Below are positions 26,135-35,700 of a DNA stretch of 64,000 nucleotides, piece after piece. The position numbers and the translations under genes were made by a program. Each line of letters begins with the position of its first letter. The first letter of the stretch is position 1. This DNA is from a virus (Duplodnaviria > Caudoviricetes), in the IMG/VR virus record IMGVR_UViG_3300033177_000258. One strand, written 5' to 3'. Below the pieces are notes generated by a model. That model was not told the DNA's origin. It worked only from the letters and a program-made list of their open reading frames with translations, and did no database searches.

Positions 26135-27394
26135 ATGAGCGATAGCAGAACTATTACATCCGACATGGTGCTGTCCCTGGGTTACGACTTCTCGATGCGC
26201 CCCGACGAGGCGATTTCGGCCCGAGCCGTGGCTTTGTCTGGGGCGCTCCCCTCCAATGCTTTCGCCCCGGTCGGCATCAAGGATGACATCCCACAGAGAG
26301 CCATCTGTCTGGCTCAGGCTCTTCGGTTCTACGACATAGAGTCTGTACTCACTCACATGCCCGGTCCCTGGAAAGCGAAAGCGGAAGAGACCGGCCTCAA
26401 GGTTGACGCTGAGCATCCGGTCAACATCGAGCTCTACCAAGAAGGCGGCACCGTGTATGTCGGCATTGAGCGGGAGTTGTTTGTGACTCAGCACGGTGCG
26501 GACTTCGGTGTCTGGGATGGCCAATTGGCCGTCTTCGGCGACAAGCCCAAGCCCAATGACACCTGGCGTCATGGGAGCCACGACCCGTCCATGAATCTCG
26601 CCGACCGCGTATCGCAAGTGTTGCGCCACACGGCGGGCGCCATGGTGGCCGAAGCCGTCCGTCTCGGGACCGTCAAGACGCTACCGCACAGCATCGTTTT
26701 CAGGAAGAGTGATGATGCCAAGCAGTTGCCGGGAGAGGCTGCCATCTGGGCCGGCCGTCTGGCCGGAACCGGGTACAACGTCACGGCCGACAAGCGCATG
26801 GCCGAGCGCCTATCCATCGGCAGGGAGAGCGGCGGGGAAGACGCTGAAGTGACCTGGAACAGACACGGGCAGGTGTTGTGCAAAACCGACCGGGAGTCCT
26901 ATGCCATTTCCTATTCCGGCTCTCTGGCGGCCGCCGCGCGCGCCTGTCTCCTGAGAAAGCCGGTGGTCTTCGGGGTGCCTCGCGTCGCCATCAAGCCGAA
27001 CCAAGGTGTGGACGCAGTTCTGTCTGGTCTTGCTACGGAGCAGGTCGCGGCCGCACTGGCAAAGCGTGGGGTCTCTGTCGCTGTGGTTGAACCAGACAGC
27101 AAGACCCTCCCCGATGCTCGGTGCTTCGTCGCCTGCGACGATACCCAGGCGACAGCAGACCTAGCTCTCTCGGCTCTGATGTCTGGGGTTATCCCCATCG
27201 TCCCGGCTTCTACTCATACAGCCCTGTGGGCCATCCCCAACATCGTCAGCAAGGTTGCCAACAATGACCCGCTGGAGTTGGCCGAGATGACCGCCGAACT
27301 GTGTGCTGTGAAGTCCAAGGTCTTCGACGCCTGGCGGCTACGCGGCGTTGACGGCTGGGGCCGTCTCTTCTCCATAGGGAGGCTGACATGCTGA
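26135..27394 (+). CDS. Hypothetical protein, possibly a degenerate GT-B glycosyltransferase
   Basis: RBS GGAGGT then ATG 26135. The C-terminal FVACDD...LALSALMSGVIPIV resembles the GT4 'EA.A.G.PV' region; first gene of the sugar cassette. Confidence 0.45.
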   Translation: MSDSRTITSDMVLSLGYDFSMRPDEAISARAVALSGALPSNAFAPVGIKDDIPQRAICLAQALRFYDIESVLTHMPGPWKAKAEETGLKVDAEHPVNIELYQEGGTVYVGIERELFVTQHGADFGVWDGQLAVFGDKPKPNDTWRHGSHDPSMNLADRVSQVLRHTAGAMVAEAVRLGTVKTLPHSIVFRKSDDAKQLPGEAAIWAGRLAGTGYNVTADKRMAERLSIGRESGGEDAEVTWNRHGQVLCKTDRESYAISYSGSLAAAARACLLRKPVVFGVPRVAIKPNQGVDAVLSGLATEQVAAALAKRGVSVAVVEPDSKTLPDARCFVACDDTQATADLALSALMSGVIPIVPASTHTALWAIPNIVSKVANNDPLELAEMTAELCAVKSKVFDAWRLRGVDGWGRLFSIGRLTC

Positions 27395-28455
27395 GGGTAC
27401 TCCATTCCACTGGAGGGGCGCGAACGTCCGCTACACTGACCCTGGACAACCCCCGCCCCCTGCATCTACCACAGAGCAGGGTCACGCTCATCATGCCGTT
27501 CTACAACTACAGCAGCAGGATGCGCGAAGCCTTCGACAGCCTGGTCAATCTGTCCGAACAAGAAACCAGTGTGCTTGACCTGGTAGTCGTCAACAACGGC
27601 TCCTCGGTCGAAGAAACTCACAAGCTCTTCGACTACATAGACAAGTACACCTTTCCGTTCCCCATCGAGCTAATCCGCAGCGAGACCAACCTGCCCCTGG
27701 GTTACGCTCGCAACATGGGCGCCCGGCGCGCCAGCGGCGACTTCATTGGCTGGATAGACCCAGACGACGCCGTGCTGACCGGTCGCATCTCTTGCGCCCT
27801 GGAAGTCCTCAGCACTACAGCCGGCATCGGTATCTTCCACGCCAATGCCTGGGTCCGCGACAGCTTGGGCCGGCATACGCTTTACGATAGCGGGGGCCCG
27901 GCAACCTACCAACGGCTACAGGAAGGTTGCTGCGTGTCGTGCCAAAGCACCCTGATGCCCACGTGGCTGTACTTTGCGCTGGGGGGTCAGCGGAACCTGC
28001 CGGCCGCCGAGGACTATGACATGTGGCTGCGAGCAGCGGCCCATGGCGTTCGCTTCATCCATGTGCCGGCGCCCGTGTACGTCGCCGTACAGCATGAGCG
28101 GCAGAAGACGCGAAGCGACATGCTCAACAAGTTCTCCTGGAACATGTCTCACGAGAAGGCGCGAGCGAGCGCCGCCTCGATATATGATGCAAGAGAGCCG
28201 TTGTTGTTGGTGCAGGGGCCGATGGCGGCCACTCCTTTCAGCAACCTCCCCATTGGGGAGACGGCCTACATGATGTCCGGTTTGCCGGCCGCCGTGACGG
28301 TGACCTACCCAAACGGCGTACCCGCAGACTACTCTTACAGCATTGGGCATCTTCTACTTCTCGCCTGGCGCTCTCTTCGAGCGCAAGGACAGCACCAAGG
28401 GCAGGTCAACCTGGATGGCGCCATCATCGAGTTCCGCAACAGTTGTGACGGGTAG
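27388..28455 (+). CDS. Glycosyltransferase family 2
   Basis: VTLIMPFYN, VVVNNGS, ARNMGARRASGDFIGWIDPDD, EDYDMWLR. Confidence 0.92.
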   Translation: MLRVLHSTGGARTSATLTLDNPRPLHLPQSRVTLIMPFYNYSSRMREAFDSLVNLSEQETSVLDLVVVNNGSSVEETHKLFDYIDKYTFPFPIELIRSETNLPLGYARNMGARRASGDFIGWIDPDDAVLTGRISCALEVLSTTAGIGIFHANAWVRDSLGRHTLYDSGGPATYQRLQEGCCVSCQSTLMPTWLYFALGGQRNLPAAEDYDMWLRAAAHGVRFIHVPAPVYVAVQHERQKTRSDMLNKFSWNMSHEKARASAASIYDAREPLLLVQGPMAATPFSNLPIGETAYMMSGLPAAVTVTYPNGVPADYSYSIGHLLLLAWRSLRAQGQHQGQVNLDGAIIEFRNSCDG

Positions 28456-29335
28456 TTCCGGCTTCATTGGCTCTCACGTTATGAGTCTCCTGCCATCCTC
28501 TTCCGAAGCAATAGGGATTGACGTAGCAAGCCCATCCTGTGGTGGCTACGCCCCGTTCGAAGTAGACATCTGCAGCCCAGAGCAAATGTCCGTGCTCGCC
28601 TCCCCCTTCCGCAACTGCTCCCTCATCCATCTGGCGGCCAAGGCCGCAGTTCAAGTAGACGGCCTCGACGCCGCTGCTGAGATGATACGGGTCAACGAGC
28701 TCGGCTTCATCAACACCCTGAAGCACCTGAGCCCCAGGCGCGTCGTTCTGGCGTCATCGGGGGCCGTGTACGGCAATGAGCACGGGTACCAGCTTCACGG
28801 TACGCCGGTAGGGCTCTACGGCTCAACCAAGAACAGCGACGAGAAGCTCCTGCGCCTGTGGGCCCAGGAAAGCGGCGGGCTGGGCTACATCATGCGCTTC
28901 GGGAATGTGGTGGGCGCGCGCTGTCGTGGGCTTGTGCCGTACCTCGTCAAGCATGCCAAGCAGTACCCCAATGCCGAACGGCCGGCGCTCTGCCGGGGTG
29001 ATGGCTCTGTCGGCAGGGACTACGTTCCTGTCGAGTATGTGGCTTCTGTTCTGGTAGCCGCTCTATCCAAGCCGCAAGAGCCGGCCGTCTACGCTTTCGA
29101 CATCGCCTCTGGCTTTGTGATGACCAACGGAGAGGTGGGCGAAATCGTCACGCGCGAACTGGCGCGCGCCGGCTTCAAGATGGTCATTGACTGGTCTGCC
29201 CCCCTGGTCCTTGGGGAAACGCAATGGACCCATCTGGACCCAGCACGGGTGGAAGCTCACTTCCCAGAACTGCGCCGGCCAGATAGGAAGAACGTGGAGG
29301 ACGCACTGCGAGAAGCCGTGCAGTCCTATCTCTGA
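28415..29335 (+). CDS. NAD-dependent epimerase/dehydratase (extended SDR)
   Basis: VVTGSSGFIG, IHLAA, SSGAVYG, YGSTK (YxxxK), RFGNVVG, RDYVPV. Confidence 0.92.
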   Translation: MAPSSSSATVVTGSSGFIGSHVMSLLPSSSEAIGIDVASPSCGGYAPFEVDICSPEQMSVLASPFRNCSLIHLAAKAAVQVDGLDAAAEMIRVNELGFINTLKHLSPRRVVLASSGAVYGNEHGYQLHGTPVGLYGSTKNSDEKLLRLWAQESGGLGYIMRFGNVVGARCRGLVPYLVKHAKQYPNAERPALCRGDGSVGRDYVPVEYVASVLVAALSKPQEPAVYAFDIASGFVMTNGEVGEIVTRELARAGFKMVIDWSAPLVLGETQWTHLDPARVEAHFPELRRPDRKNVEDALREAVQSYL

Positions 29336-29354
29336 CGCGCAAAGGTGTTGTGCG

Positions 29355-30374
29355 ATGTGGTTGTTTTCAGCCCCTTATAGAATCTCGATAGCCGGAGGCG
29401 GAAGCGACGTTCCCGGATGGTTCAACAAGGAACTCGGTGCCGTCTTCAGCTTTGCCACGCACCAGCGCCTCTATGGTCTGGCGCATCCATCTTTCGATAA
29501 GCAGTGGCTGGTGCGCTACCGAAGCGAAGAGAAGTGCGCCGCCGCCTGCGACATCAACCATGACATCATCCGCCAGGCCGTATCAACCATCCACCCGGAC
29601 TGCCCGCCACTGGAAATCAGTTGCCACGGCGAGCTCCCCGGCCACAATACCGGGCTCGGGGCCAGCAGCGCCTTCTCGGCCGGTTTCTGCTCCATGCTGT
29701 TGAGACTGACGGGGTGGAAAGACGACCTGATTCCAGAGGTCGTCGCACAACGCGCAAAGCAGGTCGAGGTAGATGGACTGGGCCGCGACATGGGCCTGCA
29801 GGAAATCTACGCCTGCTCCTACGGTGGCGCCAACCTGCTGCTCTTCGAGAAGGACGGGGTAGAGGTCTACCCGGTCAATGACGACGCCACCGAACGGCTA
29901 ACTGAGTGGGTCTCCTCGCACTGCGCCATCATCCACGTTCCAGAAGAAGAGCAGCTCCAGAATGGCTTCAAAGACTTCTCCGGCAACATCGCGTCCATCT
30001 GCGCCAAGGAGAACATGACGCGCGCCGGGGTTTGCCTGGCCATCGAGACCTACAACCAGGTCAATAACAACAACCCCGGCTACTTGTACGATGCCGTGGC
30101 CGCCTCCTGGGCCATCAAGAAGGAGACACATCCGTCCGCTCTGGCCGGTCGCGCCGGAGCGATAGTGGAAGAGCTACAACAACTGGGCTGCGCCGCGCGA
30201 CTGTGCGGTGGCGGACGAGGAGGGTTCGTTTTAGTATGCCTACGACACAGAAACGACTGGGAGCGCCTGCGCTCTTTCTGCACCGCCCGCTCGCTGGGAT
30301 ACAGGAGTACCTTCGTGGGCTTGAGCCCCGCGACAACTATCTCGCTGTCTACTTTGACCGAGACGGGGTTCTAA
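29355..30374 (+). CDS. hddA: GHMP kinase, D-glycero-D-manno-heptose-7-phosphate kinase-like
   Basis: APYRISIAGGGSD, TGLGASSA, GLQEIYACSYGG, RLCGGGRGGF; adjacent to GmhB and a nucleotidyltransferase. Confidence 0.8.
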   Translation: MWLFSAPYRISIAGGGSDVPGWFNKELGAVFSFATHQRLYGLAHPSFDKQWLVRYRSEEKCAAACDINHDIIRQAVSTIHPDCPPLEISCHGELPGHNTGLGASSAFSAGFCSMLLRLTGWKDDLIPEVVAQRAKQVEVDGLGRDMGLQEIYACSYGGANLLLFEKDGVEVYPVNDDATERLTEWVSSHCAIIHVPEEEQLQNGFKDFSGNIASICAKENMTRAGVCLAIETYNQVNNNNPGYLYDAVAASWAIKKETHPSALAGRAGAIVEELQQLGCAARLCGGGRGGFVLVCLRHRNDWERLRSFCTARSLGYRSTFVGLSPATTISLSTLTETGF

Positions 30375-30829
30375 GCGCCTGTCGCGGCGACAAGAAGTAC
30401 GTCAATAGCCCAGAAGACATCATCCCGGCAGCCGGCGCGCGCGAAGCGATGCAGCTAGCCATGGGCTACACGCCGTTCGTCTTCGTGCTCTCGAACCAGG
30501 GCGGCGTCGAAGCTGGGCACATGACCCCTCAGACGCTGGAGCTCATTGATGATGCGCTCTGGCGCCAGATAGGGCTCCAGCCCACCGCCAGCATCTACTG
30601 CATGCACGGGACAGACGCCCACTGCAAGTGCCGCAAGCCTGGCATCGGCATGGTAGAGCTGGCGCGCGACATCGTGTCCGTCATCACCGGGAAGCCGCCT
30701 GCCCTGGAACTCATGCTGGGCGACATGGACAGCGACGAGCAGATGGCGGAGAACGCCGACATTGCCTTCGAGCGTGTGGGTGATAAGAACGTCATGGAAG
30801 CCCTGGTGGCCGCTTTCAGCGGGCAGTAG
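30236..30829 (+). CDS. gmhB: D,D-heptose-1,7-bisphosphate phosphatase (HAD); start uncertain
   Basis: FDRDGVL, VLSNQGG, CMH...CKCRKPGIGM, MLGDMDSD. Confidence 0.85.
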   Translation: MPTTQKRLGAPALFLHRPLAGIQEYLRGLEPRDNYLAVYFDRDGVLSACRGDKKYVNSPEDIIPAAGAREAMQLAMGYTPFVFVLSNQGGVEAGHMTPQTLELIDDALWRQIGLQPTASIYCMHGTDAHCKCRKPGIGMVELARDIVSVITGKPPALELMLGDMDSDEQMAENADIAFERVGDKNVMEALVAAFSGQ

Positions 30830-30833
30830 GGCG

Positions 30834-30847
30834 GCACGGAATACTTC
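30834..30847 (+). promoter_or_regulatory. Recurrent phage promoter-like motif GCACGGAATACTTC
   Basis: Intergenic; the same core recurs at 31623, 41910, 48822(-) and 63001(-). Confidence 0.5.
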
Positions 30848-30895
30848 ATGGTAGCGAAGCCGTCGCCGGCTTCGTGGTTAGGCAGGGTGAGCGAA

Positions 30896-31603
30896 ATGCT
30901 GAAGCTGCCATACGACTCGGTTGTCTTTGCGGCCGGGCGGGGCACCAGGCTAGGAGAAATCACGGACAAAGTGGCCAAACCCATGCTCCATGTGTTGGGG
31001 CGCCCCCTGCTCTACTGGCAGGTGACGTACCTGCGACATGGCGGTCTGGAGCCCACCGTTACCGCCTGGTGGAAGTCCAATCAGATTCTGGGGCTGGGGA
31101 GCGCCATGGAGTTCGACGTGACCGTGGAAGACTACCTCCAGCCACCCGGCCAGGTGCTACATGCCTTGGCCGAAGGCGGCTGTCTACAGGACATTGTGGT
31201 CTGTCTGAACGGCGACACCATCGTCCCCAAACACCCCGCCATTCTCGCCGAACGACTCCGCTCACTACCCACTACTTTCAGCGCCTGCCTGCTGGTTAGG
31301 CCCTGGACCGAGTATGACCGAGACAAGGGCGTTCTAGTGCCTCACAACGGCAACTGGAAGCCCGTAGAGAAGCCAGACCGGCGTTACCCAGGCTCCAAGG
31401 TATGGACAGGGGCAGCCGCTATCCGCTCCTCCGCGATACTCGAACACCCGAGCGGCGATTCCCTCCTGCAGGCTCTGAGCAGCGAGGGCAAGCTGGCGAC
31501 CATAGAGACGCGACAACCCGAGCTGGACATCGGTACCTGGGCCGCCTACCGCCACGCCGATGAATACCTGACGAGGTACTACATGTCCGAGCTCGTCACA
31601 TAA
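30896..31603 (+). CDS. hddC: Sugar-phosphate nucleotidyltransferase (HddC-like)
   Basis: VFAAGRGTRLGEITDKVAKPML, LNGDT, EKP, DIGT; RBS AGGGTGA before ATG 30896. Confidence 0.75.
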   Translation: MLKLPYDSVVFAAGRGTRLGEITDKVAKPMLHVLGRPLLYWQVTYLRHGGLEPTVTAWWKSNQILGLGSAMEFDVTVEDYLQPPGQVLHALAEGGCLQDIVVCLNGDTIVPKHPAILAERLRSLPTTFSACLLVRPWTEYDRDKGVLVPHNGNWKPVEKPDRRYPGSKVWTGAAAIRSSAILEHPSGDSLLQALSSEGKLATIETRQPELDIGTWAAYRHADEYLTRYYMSELVT

Positions 31604-31622
31604 CCTTTTTTCGTCAATGCGT

Positions 31623-31643
31623 GCCGCAACGCGGAATACTTCC
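31623..31643 (+). promoter_or_regulatory. Promoter-like motif 7 nt before the tnpB ATG (leaderless spacing)
   Basis: GCCGCAACGCGGAATACTTCC is 20/21 identical to 41910-41930; AATACT-N7-ATG. Confidence 0.55.
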
Positions 31644-31647
31644 AGAC

Positions 31648-32754
31648 ATGAAGACCACATTGAAGCTCAAACTTCTCCCATCCGCTGACCAGCACCAGGC
31701 TCTTGTCCATACCCTGGAGGTCTTCAACGCTGCCTGTAACTACCTGGGGGAAGTTGCGTTCGAGAACGGTACCGCCAACAAGCTGAAGCTCCAGAAGTTG
31801 GCCTACCACGAGACCCGAGAGCGCTTCGGGCTACCAGCCCAACTGGCCGTCCGAGCTATTGCTAAGGTCTGCGAAGCCTATAAGCGGGACAGGTCAATCC
31901 GTCCAACTTTCCGGCCACATGGTTCTGCCGTCTACGACCAGCGGGTCCTTTCATTCAAGGGCCTTGATACCGCTTCAATCCTCTCGCTGGCGGGTCGGCT
32001 CAAGGTACCAATTGTTGCCTACGCTTACGCCAGCGACCGCATCACGGCTTACGGTATGCGCGGGCAAGCAGACCTCATACTCGAACGCGGTACATTCTAC
32101 CTCTGCGTCGTAGTAGAGCTCCCCGAGCCTCTCAAGTCAGAGCCTAAAGACTGGCTCGGCGTGGACATGGGTGTCGTCAACATTACCACCGACAGCGACG
32201 GCGAGAACTTCAGTGGGGCCGAGGTCAATGGCCTACGCCGTCGCCATGCGTCACTACGGTCCAAACTCCAAAGCAAAGGCAGCCAGTCGGCTACGCGTCG
32301 GCTAAAGCAGCAGAGCGGGAAAGAGGCTCGTTTTGCCCGAGACGTGAATCACAGAATCTCCAAACATGTAGTCGCGAAAGCCCAAGGCACCGACCGTGGT
32401 ATTGCCGTCGAAGACTTGACGGGAATCCGCGAGCGGGTAACGGTTCGCAAGGCTCAGCGTCGCGCACTACATTCTTGGGGCTTCCACCAGTTGGCCTCGT
32501 TTGTCGAGTACAAGGCTGCGTTGGCAGGTGTGCCGTTTGTCAAGGTAGACCCCAAGAACACGAGCCGAACTTGTCCTGGGTGTGGTCATGTCGCGAAGGA
32601 GAATCGTCCTACTCGCGACCAGTTTCTCTGTGTGTCGTGCGGTCTCGCTGGGCCAGCCGACCACTTCGCTGCGGTCGAAATCGGCCGTAGGGCTGCAGTC
32701 AATCAGCCATACGCGGGGGCTCTGACGAACCACCTGCGAACTACGCTACTTTAG
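31648..32754 (+). CDS. tnpB: RNA-guided endonuclease TnpB, catalytic triad intact
   Basis: MKTTLKLKL, LGVDMG (RuvC-I), IAVEDL (RuvC-II), TSRTCPGC...CVSC, ADHFAA (RuvC-III). Confidence 0.95.
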   Translation: MKTTLKLKLLPSADQHQALVHTLEVFNAACNYLGEVAFENGTANKLKLQKLAYHETRERFGLPAQLAVRAIAKVCEAYKRDRSIRPTFRPHGSAVYDQRVLSFKGLDTASILSLAGRLKVPIVAYAYASDRITAYGMRGQADLILERGTFYLCVVVELPEPLKSEPKDWLGVDMGVVNITTDSDGENFSGAEVNGLRRRHASLRSKLQSKGSQSATRRLKQQSGKEARFARDVNHRISKHVVAKAQGTDRGIAVEDLTGIRERVTVRKAQRRALHSWGFHQLASFVEYKAALAGVPFVKVDPKNTSRTCPGCGHVAKENRPTRDQFLCVSCGLAGPADHFAAVEIGRRAAVNQPYAGALTNHLRTTLL

Positions 32755-32785
32755 TGGCGGCAGTAGTTGACCTGAGGGAAAGCAA

Positions 32786-35700
32786 ATGAGACTCGAACAG
32801 CAAGGGACCGCCTGGAGGAAGACCATCGGGCCTGGTGATGTAGAGAACCGGGTCATGAGCACCGTGGAGACGCTGCGCACATCCGTGGCAGAGCTGCACG
32901 GTGATGGTACTTTGGGGGACACCCTCAAGGTTCTGGAAGCTGCCGGTGCTATCGGGTTTGGGGAAGCCTACAGTGGAATCGTGCTGGTGGAGACCGGCAT
33001 CGCCTACATTGACGGCTACCGCTCTGCCTACTCCGGCGCCTACCTCTCCGTGCCTCAACCATACGTTGCGGTTGAGGCCCAGGAGTTGACGCTGCTGGAA
33101 AGCGAGGGGCCGGGGCAGAACTCCACCCGCTATGAACTGGCGAGAGAGGACGTGGTGGACGATGGCTCGTTCGTGCTCTACAAGCGCAATAGCGCCACCG
33201 GAGTGGATGAGGCTCTCACCCGGTACAGCCAGTACACCCTCGATGCCGCCCACGGCATCGTGACCCTGCTCGTTGAGCTCGGGGCCGAAGAAGAGTTGCG
33301 CGCCACCTACCGTTTCCGCGTGCCGGGCATCCTGTTTGTGGAGCTCGACCAGCAGGGGACACTGCATTGCAGTGTCGGTACCAGTGTGGCCGAGGACTCT
33401 GTGCCCGGTCAGGGCTGGGCCCCCGGCCCGATTGAAGAAGAGGAGTGGGAGTACACCCCCGGAGCCGCAGACGACCCCTACTTCCAGAGCGCCTACAACG
33501 GCTACTTCGCCCTGCCGCCCACGGCTTCTACTGGCACCATCCTGCTGGCTAAGCTGTACTACCCCGGACCCAAGGGCAAGCTGTACCGCAACATGGAAGA
33601 AGACGCGACGCGGGAGCTGACCGGCCTCAGCGCTGACGACATCATCAGTGGTGACTACGGCATCATTGACGACGAGCGCCGCATCCTGACACCGGCTGAA
33701 GACCTTCTGGACTTCCAGCAGGCGTTCAACGACATGATTGACGACATGAACTCAGCCGTGGCCGGGGCGGAGTTGGCCTTCTCCGAGGGGCGCCTCCGGG
33801 CCGCCGACCTGGACGGCGAAGGCATCGTCACCGGGGTTGTCCCGACAGGCGGCATGCAGAGCATGTACGTCAACATCTCGGCCGGCGTGGCCTACATTGA
33901 GCAGCATCTGGCCCAGCACGACTGGCTCATGCGGGTGGTTGTCCCGAGCCAGACAGTCCAGCTTGACGAGCCAACGGACGCCCCAAGCGAGAACCGCACC
34001 GTCACCGAGGGCCACCTGTACTCTCCGTCAACGACAGAGTACGCGCTGAACGTCGAGCCGGCCACCACCATCCTGTCTGTGAGCGGCGAAGTGGCCTACA
34101 GGTACACCCAGGCCAATCCTGCGCTGCTTACCAAGCGCCTGAGCGGCACGTTCTCCGCTTCCAAGCCCGCCGACAAGCCTACCTACGCCCTCTTCGACGC
34201 CACCTGCACGGCGTTGACGACCGTCGAGCGCGCCAAGCTCGAAGCGGCCGATTCGAACTCTGCCGCCAACGACAGCGCCGCCGAGAACCTGCATCACTCA
34301 CTGCACGTGTTCAAGGTCGAGCACCCATACGCAGCCGACAAGGCCCACACCATCAACTACCGCTGGGACGGAACCGGCAGCGGCGGCGCGGAACTGTTCA
34401 TCTTCAACTTCAACACCGACGCCTGGGTGAGCCTGGGGACTGTTGGCGCGACGCTGGCTTCGCTACAGGGCACCATCACAACCAACGTGACCAACTACAT
34501 CAGCGAAGGCGGAGACATCTACTTCGCGGCGGCCTCGACCAGCGCGTCCGATGGCGGTACGGCTGTGTCTGTCACGAGTGACTACTTCTACATCAACCTG
34601 TACGCCGGCCACTACGTAGTGGGAGACCTGGAGCAGGGCGAGAGCGTCCCGAACGACAGCTACAACCTCGCCGGCAACAAGGTGGTCTTTGAGGACGACA
34701 GGTTCGCGTACCCGCGCGCCGGCACCACCTTCGCGGTCCAATACTACGCCGCCCTGCCGCGCTACGACGCTCTGCAGGTGGGACTTGACGGCGCCGTTCA
34801 TGTTGTCAAGGGCACCCCGGCCGAGAGCCCCGTCATCCCAACCATCAATGATGAGCACCTGCTGGTAGCTAACGTCCTGGTTAGGCATGAAGGGGCCGTG
34901 GTGGCGTCCACCGAGGCGGCCGACAACGACAATGCTCTGTACGACCGGCGCCAGGTCATCTGGACAGGCGATGAGGGCCAGGCCGCTCGCGAAGACGCGT
35001 CCAGCCTTGTTGAGAACCTCCGCATGCGTACCTATGAGTTGCACGGCAATGTGGTGAGCAGCGGCTGCCGCGCCTATGCCTACCCCTCGGCGGCCGGCTC
35101 CTCCATCGTGCGTGTGGGCTCGGGCGTCTACTACGCTCTCGGCTACCGCCGCGAGTATGCCGGCTCTCTGCTGACCTACAACTTCGGCAGTCTGGCCGAC
35201 AGTGAACACCGTCGCGACATCATCTACATGGACACCGAGGGCGTCGTCTACAATGCTCTGGGTACCCCAGTGGCGCTTACCGAGGTCTCCGAGCCGCCAG
35301 ACCGCCCAGCCGGCACCATCCTCATCGCCTACGTGGAAATGACCGCTGACCTGGTGGCTGCTTCACGGGTTCCGCAGACCGCAATATACGACATGCGCAC
35401 CGTGCAGGGGCAGCCCGATACCGGAGGAGATGACGGGGAAGACCCAGTTGTGGTGGTAGACAACAATCTTCTGGCATACTTCAACGAGCTAGGCGGGGAA
35501 GGGCTGCTCGCGGCGGATGTCAGTGTTGTCGCCAAGGCCACCCCATCGCGCTCTGTGGACCTGTCTACTGCCACCACCAGCCGGGCCTACATTTCCGGTC
35601 AGCGAGTGCTGCCTGACGCCATGGCTAGCAGCTACAAGACCTACGAGGTGTCGCGGCCGGGCGCCATCGCCGCCACCAACGACGAGAACCCGAACTTCCA

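Larger units (their letters stand above)
31600..32771 (+). mobile_element. IS200/IS605-family (IS1341-type, tnpB-only) element
   Basis: The left end (C)ATAACCTTTTT..CG..GTCAATGC is shared with the 60314-60626 copy. The right end is ...CAGTAGTTGAC. No tnpA. Confidence 0.75.

Noticed and set aside
32500-32720. Diversity-generating retroelement template/variable repeat pair with 60370-60585
   Set aside because: Differences are not adenine-specific, no reverse transcriptase is present, and both are tnpB 3' ends.
31648-32754. Catalytically dead TnpB (TldR-like regulator)
   Set aside because: All three RuvC acidic residues are present. The second TnpB also keeps D, E and D candidates, though its RuvC-II context (VGEP) is less typical.
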